DNA from: an uncultured virus (IMG/VR IMGVR_UViG_2857886120_000002)
Taxonomy: Duplodnaviria > Heunggongvirae > Uroviricota > Caudoviricetes
Reading direction: 5' to 3' (one strand)
IMG/VR virus record: IMGVR_UViG_2857886120_000002
Length of the DNA stretch: 64,000 nucleotides
This document shows positions 1 through 8,548 of this stretch, one piece after another. The notes below the pieces were generated by a model, which made no database searches, was not told the DNA's origin, and saw only the letters and a program-made list of their open reading frames with translations. Positions within the stretch are counted from its first letter, which is position 1. Each line of letters starts with the position of its first letter. Made by a program: the position numbers and the translations under genes.

Positions 1-274
1 GTCTAATTACTGTTACGGGGGGCAACAGCTAGCTAAGTAGTCTAATTACTGTTACGGGGGCAACAGCTAGCTAAGTAGTCTAATTACTGTTTACTGTAAC
101 GGGGGGTTACAGCTAGCTGAGTAGTCAAACTACTGTTTACTGTAACGGGGGGTTACAGCTAGCTGAGTAGTCCAATTACTGTAACGGGGGGTTACAGCTA
201 GCTGAGTAGTCTAATTACTGTTACGGGGGGTTACAGCTAGCTGAGTAGTTAATCTCTGTTACGGGGGGTAACAG
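1..274. repeat. Tandem array of 38-46 bp repeats with a ~19-bp palindromic core CTGTWAC-G5-GTWACAG (7 copies); oriV/iteron-like
   Basis: Cores at 10, 49, 94, 140, 179, 218, 256, mostly followed by CTAGCTRAGTAGT; an isolated eighth copy at 1563-1581; array may continue left of the window. Confidence 0.9.
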
Positions 275-318
275 TGAACTGAATTAATTTTAAATTTTAT
301 TTAAATAGGAGTATTCCC

Positions 319-981
319 ATGGAAATTGAAAACAATCAAGTTGGTGTTTTACGAAGTGATATTAAAATAGAGCTTCATACTGTTCCCGCAATTCAAATCT
401 GGTACGGCAGAAAAAAAACTGATGATAAGCATCCGATTCAAAGTATGACGAGGGCTATTGCTTATTTAAAAGTCATTGAAATAGCAACACGTCTTGATGA
501 TCCCTACGCAGATATCAGATTGACTAAATTCTATGAGCATATTACTAAAATTGAAAAATTATTAGATGTTGAGAATTATCGTATTGATGAAACACTTAAA
601 TCAGTCCCACCAGGTTTTAAAATAAGTGATGCGACATCAGTTAAACCCGTTGATCTGAACCTATTTATTAATGTTCCAAGTGGTTATCAGTTAGTATTTT
701 TACTGTGTAAATTTGATTTATTTGTCCGAAAAGTTCAGCTAGCTAAACATATTTCATTAATCAAAGGTGGCGATGCATCTGATAGGCAGAATATGATTGC
801 TCATGAATTACGTTCGTTAATTACTTATATAACTAAATATAAACGCACTGGTGTAACACGAAAAGATTTTGTCGATAATACCCCGTTAGCAACTAAAGCT
901 ATTGAGCAATTAGGGATTGTACCAGAAGAAATACTAAATGCAGATAAAATGCGAGACAGAACAGTATCAATAACTAATTAA
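319..981 (+). CDS. PFL_4669-family ICE protein (DUF1845, InrR/AcaB-like regulator)
   Basis: G-LRS-I-IELHT..A..IW-GR, DDPYAD and GVTR-D motifs; position before DUF3158 and ssb. Confidence 0.8.
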   Translation: MEIENNQVGVLRSDIKIELHTVPAIQIWYGRKKTDDKHPIQSMTRAIAYLKVIEIATRLDDPYADIRLTKFYEHITKIEKLLDVENYRIDETLKSVPPGFKISDATSVKPVDLNLFINVPSGYQLVFLLCKFDLFVRKVQLAKHISLIKGGDASDRQNMIAHELRSLITYITKYKRTGVTRKDFVDNTPLATKAIEQLGIVPEEILNADKMRDRTVSITN

Positions 982-998
982 CATAATAAGGTGAGCTA

Positions 999-1508
999 AT
1001 GAATGAGTTTTATAAAGATGAATATGCAAATACACTCTCTTCAACAGATTATCAATTTGCAAAACAACATCTATCCCTAAAAGGCCTTTTAAAGCCTTTT
1101 AAAGGTAAGGGGGAATATGAAATTCTTTTACAAGAAATTGAGTCCCACCTTTCTAGATTAGAAAACATTGCAGAAAGACTCATCAATGACACAAGAGATA
1201 AATTACCCATTAAGTATTTACCTTTTTATTTGAAAAAAAGACGCTTATCAAATGGTTCAGTATATTTAAGTTGGAAGTATAAGAAAATAGTCATTGTTGA
1301 TGGTAAAACTAGTCGTACCGAGATTGAGGGAAAACGATTGATATTAGATGCGTTGGAACAAAACAATTTGAGTCATGAGGATAAAAATTTTATCAGACAA
1401 CTAGAAATTGATCGCTTAACGTTAAATTTTCAAATGAGGGTATGTATTCGAATCAGACACTTAATTAATGAAATGTTGCCCAAGTTTGATGAGCTTAACA
1501 CCAACTAA
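999..1508 (+). CDS. DUF3158-family ICE protein
   Basis: SLKGLLKPFKGKGE motif, R-LN-Q near the C-terminus, synteny. Confidence 0.8.
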   Translation: MNEFYKDEYANTLSSTDYQFAKQHLSLKGLLKPFKGKGEYEILLQEIESHLSRLENIAERLINDTRDKLPIKYLPFYLKKRRLSNGSVYLSWKYKKIVIVDGKTSRTEIEGKRLILDALEQNNLSHEDKNFIRQLEIDRLTLNFQMRVCIRIRHLINEMLPKFDELNTN

Positions 1509-1649
1509 ATTAAATAGTTTCAAATGTGTGACTATGCTTAGAATCAGTTTGTAGCTAATTTACTGTAACGGGGGGTAACAGCTAGCTAAATACACTTTTA
1601 TTAGAAGTAAAAAATGAACACTTTAATTCATTAATGTGGGGTAAATAGA

Positions 1650-1850
1650 ATGAATGTTAAACTAATATATTATTTTCTAGGGGTCATTAGTTGTGTGCTT
1701 GGAATGACGATAGACGTGTGGCTCGGAGTTCCTATACCTACATATTTCGTGAGGCATATTTACTGTATTGCATTTGTGGCAGGGATGCTTTTGCTTATCT
1801 TTATATTTATCAACCTAATAAAAGTGAGGGGTAAAGATGGACGAAAATAA
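1650..1850 (+). CDS. Small two-TM hypothetical membrane protein
   Basis: 66 aa with two hydrophobic stretches; GGGG RBS-like sequence upstream. Confidence 0.5.
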   Translation: MNVKLIYYFLGVISCVLGMTIDVWLGVPIPTYFVRHIYCIAFVAGMLLLIFIFINLIKVRGKDGRK

Positions 1851-2164
1851 AACGGTAACAACAAAAGCTAAAGTCGGGGGATGTTATTTGGTTTACATGC
1901 GAAAATGCATTAAAACCACAAAACCTCATAATTGCAAAAATAACCGAAAATAGTGTTTATTGTGACAAGAAAAAAATTGATAAGAAGAGTTATTTATTGC
2001 ATTCAAGTTTAAACGACGCAACGCAAGCTGTAAATTTTAGATTAAAAGTACAAATTGAAAAAATACAGCATCAAATTAACGAGAATTTAAAAGAATTGGA
2101 GCAAGAAAATGGCAAGAGGAATAAACAAGGTAATTTTAGTTGGCAATCTGGGGCAAGATCCTGA
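1837..2164 (+). pseudogene. Hypothetical ORF frameshifted at a G5 run (1876-1880)
   Basis: ATG at 1837 with GAGGGG RBS; removing one G gives an open frame MDENKTVTTKAKVGDVIWFTCEN...GARS* to TGA 2162-2164. Confidence 0.5.
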
Positions 2165-2606
2165 GGTTCGTTATATGCCGAATGGTAATGCTGTTGCTAA
2201 TTTTAGTGTTGCAACATCAGAAACATGGAAGGATAAACAAACGAATGAAACCCGTGATCGCACTGAATGGCATCGTATTGTCGTATTTGGTAAATTAGCT
2301 GAGATTGCTGGTGAATACTTAAAGAAAGGTTCCCAAGTTTACCTTGAGGGGCAATTACAAACTCGTAAATGGCAAGATAAGTCTGGACAAGATCGTTATA
2401 CTACAGAAGTTGTGATTAACCCAATCGGCGGTACTTTACAAATGCTAGGTTCACGGGATGGTTCACAAAATTGGGGACAAAGTGCTAACAATTCTTCATC
2501 TGCACCAGTGCCACAATCAACAACGCAAAATGCACCAACTACAGAACAAGCTACAGCTATGCCTGAGGAGCCACCAATGGACTTTGATGACGATATCCCA
2601 TTCTAG
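2109..2606 (+). CDS. ssb: Single-stranded DNA-binding protein
   Basis: [23 protein letters not shown]-terminus, DFDDDIPF C-terminal tail. Confidence 0.98.
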   Translation: MARGINKVILVGNLGQDPEVRYMPNGNAVANFSVATSETWKDKQTNETRDRTEWHRIVVFGKLAEIAGEYLKKGSQVYLEGQLQTRKWQDKSGQDRYTTEVVINPIGGTLQMLGSRDGSQNWGQSANNSSSAPVPQSTTQNAPTTEQATAMPEEPPMDFDDDIPF

Positions 2607-2659
2607 AGTTTACTTTATAAATATTAAATAGATAATCTAGCTAAAAGTAGTTAGGCTAT

Positions 2660-2896
2660 CTATTTTTCGAGGGTTATCTTTAAAATTCTTAATATTTCTT
2701 TTTTAGGTTTATTTTGCATTTCGTTGTATCTCATTTTTAATGATAATGCTTGAGTTGCTAATATGACTATGTGGGGAACTGACTCTGATTTTTCGTAATT
2801 TTGATATGTTCTTGTTGTCACGTTTAATTGTTCTGCTGCAATCTCTTGACACCAATCGAAACCTCTCCTCCAAATTTTTAATTCATATCCGTTCAT
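2660..2896 (-). CDS. Small XRE-family helix-turn-helix protein
   Basis: LKIWRR..WCQEIAAEQLNVTTRTYQNYEK HTH pattern; ATG at 2896; palindrome AAAATACGAAA-ATT-TTTCGTATTTT at 2916-2940 upstream is a candidate operator. Confidence 0.75.
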   Translation of the reverse strand: MNGYELKIWRRGFDWCQEIAAEQLNVTTRTYQNYEKSESVPHIVILATQALSLKMRYNEMQNKPKKEILRILKITLEK

Positions 2897-3090
2897 ATCG
2901 TCATTCTCTAATTTAAAAATACGAAAATTTTTCGTATTTTGCTTCAAAAATTTATGTGAACTTTAATTATAATTATGCTGTATATGTTTTTTATTATTAA
3001 ATCAATATTCCATTTAGCAATATTGATTTAACTATCCCATATTTATTTCAATTAATTAATATTCAGTTATCAAAAACAATAAGAGAATGA

Positions 3091-5121
3091 ATGTTAATGA
3101 AATTATTTATTTGTGAAAAACCTAGTCAAGCTAAAGATATCCAGAAACATATTGGAGCTACAGTTAATGATAACGGTTTTTATCGTAGCTCCGATGGAAA
3201 AATATGTATTACATGGTGTGTCGGTCATTTGCTGGAACTAGCAGAACCACATGTTTATGACGAAAAATTTAAGAAGTGGAGCATAGACGATTTGCCTATT
3301 TTACCTGAAAAGTGGGTTTATAATGTTGCTCATAAAACGTCAAAACAATTCAAAGTGGTTCAAGGGTTAGTAAAAAAAGCTAACGTTATTATTATCGCAA
3401 CAGACCCCGACCGAGAAGGGGAAGCTATTGCGTGGTCTCTGTTAGAGCGTTTTAACTGGAAAGGTGAAACTAAAAGATTATGGTTTTCAGCACTTGATGA
3501 TACATCAATAAAAAAAGCCCTTGCTAGTCTTAATGCAGCTAGTGAAACTTATCCGTTATATTTAGCAGCCCAAGCTCGAGCAAAAGCTGATTGGTTGGTT
3601 GGATTAAATAGTACCAGACTATTTACTTTATTAGGTAGAGATTTGGGTTACGGCGTTTTATCTGTGGGTCGTGTTCAGACACCAGTCCTAAAACTAATTG
3701 TCGATAGAGATAGAGAAATTAAAAATTTCATACCCAAACATTATTTTTCTGTAAATATTCAGTTATCTAAGACATCCCAGACATTTAATGCTACTTGGAT
3801 TCCTGAAGAAAATATAGACGAAGCGGGACGATGTCTTAATGAATCTTTTGCAAGACAAATAGCACAAAAGCTACAGCATTCAAGAGAAGCAAAAGTTATT
3901 GATGTTAACACGGAACGGGTTAAATTCTCTCCTCCTTTAGCATTTAGTTTAAGTGACTTGCAGAAAGCGTGCTCTAAAAAGTACGGTATGTCTATGCCTC
4001 AAGTACTTAATATTGCTCAATCACTTTATGAAACACATAAAATTACAACTTACCCAAGAACTGATTGCGGATATTTGCCTGAATCAATGTTTGATGAAGC
4101 CGAAACCATAATTTCTGTTATTATGAAAAATGATCCTGAAATAGCAAAATTTATGCCACAGATTAATTTAGCTTATAAATCTCGACTTTGGAATGATAAA
4201 AAAGTAACCGCACACCATGGCATCATCCCGACATCAAAGACTATAGAATTGTCACAACTTAGTACAGATGAATTCAAGGTTTATGATTTGATTAGACGAA
4301 ACTATTTAGCTAATTTCATGGTGCATAATGAAGTAGATAAAACAGTAGTTAATTTAATTAGTTCTGAGCAGAAATTTCAAGCAAAAGGTACAGTGTTAGT
4401 TGAGCTGGGATGGAAAGTATTATTTACAAGAGACAACATTGAAAATGCTGAAGATGTTGATGATAAACAAAAACTTCCACTTTTATCTAACAATGATATT
4501 TGTACTATTTCTAAAGTTGACTTTAGATCGTTACAAACTAAGCCACCGACACATTTCGATGACGGTAGTCTGCTTGATGCAATGAAACAAATTGCCAAAT
4601 ATGTAGAAAACCCTCAATTAAAAAAAATGTTAAAAGAAACTTCAGGGATTGGTACAGAAGCAACAAGAGCAGGAATTGTAGAAACATTAGAAAAACGTAA
4701 TTACATTGAACGAAAAAAGAAAATGATTCTGGCCACAAATATTGCATATGCACTGATAGATAGCCTACCTGATGTATTAAAAGATCCAGGTATGACAGCC
4801 TTGTGGGAGCAAGAATTAGAAAATATTGCAACGGGTCAACAGCAACAAAGCGAGTTTATGCGTAAACAGTATATTTTTATTAACCAACTAATTCAAACGT
4901 ATAAAGGAGCTGAGTTACCTAAAAATACCACATCTAAAAAAGTCTCAAAAACAAAATCATACGATTGCCCTGAATGTCAAAGTGGTGCACTTATTAAAAG
5001 AGAAGGTAAAAACCAAAAAGGTAAATATATTTGGTTTGGTTGCTCTCGTTACAAAGATGGATGCAAATTTACTTGTTTTGGGGACAAGAAAGGTAATCCT
5101 GTTTTTGAGAAGACAGTGTGA
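3091..5121 (+). CDS. topB: DNA topoisomerase III (ICE type)
   Basis: LFICEKPSQ, ATDPDREGE, SVGRVQTP, ITTYPRTD catalytic Tyr, GIGTEATRA, C-terminal Zn ribbon. Confidence 0.97.
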   Translation: MLMKLFICEKPSQAKDIQKHIGATVNDNGFYRSSDGKICITWCVGHLLELAEPHVYDEKFKKWSIDDLPILPEKWVYNVAHKTSKQFKVVQGLVKKANVIIIATDPDREGEAIAWSLLERFNWKGETKRLWFSALDDTSIKKALASLNAASETYPLYLAAQARAKADWLVGLNSTRLFTLLGRDLGYGVLSVGRVQTPVLKLIVDRDREIKNFIPKHYFSVNIQLSKTSQTFNATWIPEENIDEAGRCLNESFARQIAQKLQHSREAKVIDVNTERVKFSPPLAFSLSDLQKACSKKYGMSMPQVLNIAQSLYETHKITTYPRTDCGYLPESMFDEAETIISVIMKNDPEIAKFMPQINLAYKSRLWNDKKVTAHHGIIPTSKTIELSQLSTDEFKVYDLIRRNYLANFMVHNEVDKTVVNLISSEQKFQAKGTVLVELGWKVLFTRDNIENAEDVDDKQKLPLLSNNDICTISKVDFRSLQTKPPTHFDDGSLLDAMKQIAKYVENPQLKKMLKETSGIGTEATRAGIVETLEKRNYIERKKKMILATNIAYALIDSLPDVLKDPGMTALWEQELENIATGQQQQSEFMRKQYIFINQLIQTYKGAELPKNTTSKKVSKTKSYDCPECQSGALIKREGKNQKGKYIWFGCSRYKDGCKFTCFGDKKGNPVFEKTV

Positions 5122-5289
5122 ATATAGTGATTATTACTAGAATAAAAACATACTTAATTAGATTCTATATTGTAAAATTAAACGAATTATGACAGAATCA
5201 AACTTCACTCCGCTTTTGTGGTTTTGCGGTCATAAAATCACTAATTTATTTTGGATTAATTTTTAACCCTTATTAATCTGAAATGTCCC

Positions 5290-5803
5290 AAGTCCATAAT
5301 TTATGGCTGCTTGTAACAACTCTGTGTAAGTTACAACTATACATACGGTTGGATAGAGCTGTATGTGTATCAGAGCTGATTCAATTCACATCAATTTTGA
5401 AATAATATACAACAAGGAGCAAGGTGGTTCTTGTTCCTGTCTTTCCTGTCTTTGTCCGAACTCAGGGTAAATACCATTGTAAATTGTAGCAAGAAAAACA
5501 GTGGTATTTACCTTGTTTGTTCTATAACGACTAATAACAACACCAAAACTGAATGGTAAAAAATCAGTAGCCCTTAGTGCGTTAACGCGTGCCTGATAAG
5601 ACTGTTTAAAGCAGGCTTGTTTATTCGGTTCATCTCAGCTAACTAAATAGCGAATCGAGAATGTGTATGAAATTGCATGATTTTTGAGGTGAGAGTGCAT
5701 TTTATCACTTTTTATTGAGTTGTCTTTAACTCTAATTATATTAATTACATATATACTTGGAAACAAAAGCCCATTTTGATAATTTTGATAAATGGGTTTT
5801 TTG
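5290..5803 (+). ncRNA. Candidate structured non-coding RNA or leader upstream of the conjugation operon
   Basis: Consecutive hairpins at 5311-5336, 5338-5369, 5415-5438, 5463-5515; their mismatches are all G-U on the + strand; terminator-like hairpin at 5766-5802. Confidence 0.5.
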
Positions 5804-5889
5804 TTGTACTCAGCATTGATTTATTTGTTTACTCAGTCATCATTGCATTTTACCTTTTTACTTTCTATATTAATCTAAAGGTAAATACA

Positions 5890-6456
5890 ATGAAAATCGC
5901 TATCTCTATGTTAGCATTGCTTCCAATATTTGTATTAACAGCATGTACAAATAACTCTAAAACTATTAGTTCTAAGTCTAAAATAGAATCTAAACCTACA
6001 CCAGTTTTGCAGACAGATCGATATACCATTGTGGAACTAGATGATCCAATTCATAAATATGTTTTAGATCAAATTATTAATATTTCACTACCTAAAAATT
6101 TAAATTTAACAGTTAAAGATGGAATGGAATATGCTTTAAAACAATCAGGTTATTCTCTTTGCACTAACTCAGATATCAATGTTCTTTATGAAAGCACTTT
6201 ACCTAAAGTTCAATATAAAATGGGGCCAATTTTATTAAATGATGCACTACATGTTATGGCTGGCCCTGCTTGGAATTTAGATGTTAATGACGTTGAACGA
6301 GAAATCTGTTTTCATCTAAAAAAAGGATATTCTCGAAAACAACAACCTATTTCCTCAGTTAAACAGGAACCTCAATTTGAAACTTATCAAGCACCTCCTC
6401 AAATGATAGAAACAAAAGAACTAAAAAATGTTGAAACAAAAGGAGGCAAAAAATGA
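5890..6456 (+). CDS. pilL: PFGI-1-class PilL lipoprotein
   Basis: Lipobox VLTAC; TDRYT, L-Q-I, SGYSLC, LP-V-Y-MGP-L-DAL--MAGPAW, REICF motifs. Confidence 0.85.
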   Translation: MKIAISMLALLPIFVLTACTNNSKTISSKSKIESKPTPVLQTDRYTIVELDDPIHKYVLDQIINISLPKNLNLTVKDGMEYALKQSGYSLCTNSDINVLYESTLPKVQYKMGPILLNDALHVMAGPAWNLDVNDVEREICFHLKKGYSRKQQPISSVKQEPQFETYQAPPQMIETKELKNVETKGGKK

Positions 6457-7253
6457 AGGATACGCTAATAAATAAATTAAATATAAACCAACCCATTGCA
6501 ATAACTAAAAAAATGGTCGTTTTAATATGTGGTGTATTTGTAATCTTGTTTATATTAGTAGCAATAGCATTGCATTTATCTCTCCTTAACATGAATCAAG
6601 CATCTAATAACTATAAAGAACTGGAAGATAAAATAAACACGAATAATGTAAGTATAAATAGTATTAACACATTGGAAAAAAAATTAGATGAAATTCAGTT
6701 GGAACAGAAAAAAATCAATGTTGATTATGATAATTTAAATACACGCTCTGCACGAAGTCAACAGGACATAACGTCATTACAACTAATTCTAAATGATAAA
6801 AATCTCGATAGTAAATTAGATAATTTTGAAACAGCTATAGCAAATATTGAAGTTGAGTTAGAAGCAGTTAAGAATGTTCAAAAAATGCAACAAGAATCAT
6901 TAGATGGCGTTGTGGCATCTTTCCAACAATTTAAAGATCAGATTATACAAAAAATTACAGTAATGCTATCAAATAACAATAGCAAGTCAACCAATACAAC
7001 AAGAAGTAATATAAAGGCTAAAACTGCAACGGCAATAAATTTTAAATATCAATTATCTAGCATTGAATTTAGAGCTGGTGAATTAGTTGCTGTATTCCTA
7101 CCTAAAAATGCGACATCACTATCTGCGTTGAAATTTGTAAATGAAGGTGAGTTTATAGATGATTTTTGGAAAGTTGCAAAAATTGATAAAAACTCTGTGA
7201 AATTAATAAATAGTAAGCAACAAACTTATACTCTAACAATAGATAAGGAGTAA
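6453..7253 (+). CDS. ICE membrane-anchored coiled-coil protein
   Basis: N-terminal TM, long heptad region, C-terminal L-SIE-RAGE motif; follows pilL. Confidence 0.7.
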   Translation: MKDTLINKLNINQPIAITKKMVVLICGVFVILFILVAIALHLSLLNMNQASNNYKELEDKINTNNVSINSINTLEKKLDEIQLEQKKINVDYDNLNTRSARSQQDITSLQLILNDKNLDSKLDNFETAIANIEVELEAVKNVQKMQQESLDGVVASFQQFKDQIIQKITVMLSNNNSKSTNTTRSNIKAKTATAINFKYQLSSIEFRAGELVAVFLPKNATSLSALKFVNEGEFIDDFWKVAKIDKNSVKLINSKQQTYTLTIDKE

Positions 7254-7255
7254 AT

Positions 7256-8017
7256 ATGATACTAAAAAAACAAATATGTTTGTTATTGCTATTAAGTTTT
7301 ATTTCTTGGGATTTATTAGCTAATTCTCAACTAGTTTCAAAGGATCTTGATTCCACAAAATCGGTTGAAAAATCTGATGAAGAATCTCGGAATACACAAG
7401 AAGAAAGAATTAAAGAGAAAGCATCTTATTGGGGATTGACAGTTACAGAATGGCAAAAATATGAAAAACTGATTAATGAAGGCGGGCGGCGTTATTGGTC
7501 TCCTAATCTTGATCCTCTAACTACCCTTGGAGTTGAATCTGAAACTCAAGAAGAACGAGAGTATTACGCAAAATTATTAGCCAAAAAAGAATTTGAACGA
7601 ACAACTAAAGAACTCGAGTTTCAGCGAGTTTATGATCGTATGTTTAAACAGCTTTATACAAACGTATTACCTATTGAATTGGATGAAAATCCTAATTTTG
7701 TAGCACCTCTAAATTACGATGGTGACAGAATGATTTTATTTATTGATATCAATGATAATGTAAGAGGTGAAAAATTATTAGGTAAGGCTTTAAAAACACA
7801 TAAAGAAATGGATGTTTATTTGCTGAATACCAAAGACGATCAAGCTGTCCAAAAGTGGGCTAGTCTAAATCATCTTCCAATTGATAAAGTAAAAAGTGGT
7901 GAGATTACGTTAAATCACAATAGCGGTCAGTGGGAACAAATCGGAAAAAACATATTGCCAATTTTGGTACAAAACCAAGGTGGCAAATGGAGACAAATTG
8001 AATTGGGTGATTTGTAA
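7256..8017 (+). CDS. TIGR03759-family ICE protein
   Basis: WGLT--EW-KY, SPNLDPLTTLG, EL-FQR-YD, ITLNH-G-W motifs. Confidence 0.88.
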   Translation: MILKKQICLLLLLSFISWDLLANSQLVSKDLDSTKSVEKSDEESRNTQEERIKEKASYWGLTVTEWQKYEKLINEGGRRYWSPNLDPLTTLGVESETQEEREYYAKLLAKKEFERTTKELEFQRVYDRMFKQLYTNVLPIELDENPNFVAPLNYDGDRMILFIDINDNVRGEKLLGKALKTHKEMDVYLLNTKDDQAVQKWASLNHLPIDKVKSGEITLNHNSGQWEQIGKNILPILVQNQGGKWRQIELGDL

Positions 8018-8532
8018 TGATTATAAACAAAAAAACATTAATTTTTATTATCTCTATAACAACTCATTCTGCAATAGCTGATTTGAATGTAATCAGTGAT
8101 TATGGCGGTAATTCGATGGGTGTGTATTATGAAATGTTAGATCCTCAAGATGAATATAGTGAGCAACAACAGCAATTTTTAGCTCCTGAAAACATGAAAA
8201 TTGATGAGGGAACCTATTTACCTGTGCATAGTGAAAAACTTTCTCCTGGTCAGTTTGAATCGTATTCAATTGATTTTCCGACATTACAACCTTTTATCAT
8301 TATTGGTGCAGATGATCTCTCAGTTGAATGGCTTAAGGTGAGGAATGATTATTTAGAGTCAATAAATGGTATTGTTGCCGTTGCTGTAAACATAGACAAT
8401 GTCAATCAGATTAAAACATTAAAATCTCTTACTAATATTCCTATATATGCCATGTCTGGCGATGAACTCGCAGAGAAGTTTCAAATAACATCATATCCCG
8501 CTCTAGTTACTGCGAAAAGTATTGAACAATGA
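8017..8532 (+). CDS. TIGR03765 (PFL_4695)-family ICE protein
   Basis: L-VI-DYGG, LPV-S-KLSPG, IIG-D-LS--WL, SGDELA, YPAL-T----EQ motifs. Confidence 0.85.
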   Translation: MIINKKTLIFIISITTHSAIADLNVISDYGGNSMGVYYEMLDPQDEYSEQQQQFLAPENMKIDEGTYLPVHSEKLSPGQFESYSIDFPTLQPFIIIGADDLSVEWLKVRNDYLESINGIVAVAVNIDNVNQIKTLKSLTNIPIYAMSGDELAEKFQITSYPALVTAKSIEQ

Positions 8533-8548
8533 TTATGGGAATAACATC

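Noticed and set aside
1..274. CRISPR array
   Set aside because: Sequences between the palindromic cores are near-identical rather than unique spacers, and no cas genes are nearby
5290..5803. Retron msr-msd or DGR template
   Set aside because: No reverse transcriptase is recognisable anywhere in the window
8010..8025. Defect from a missing lytic transglycosylase between TIGR03759 and TIGR03765
   Set aside because: The two genes abut cleanly with overlapping stop and start and no remnant, so this looks like a subfamily layout rather than a lesion
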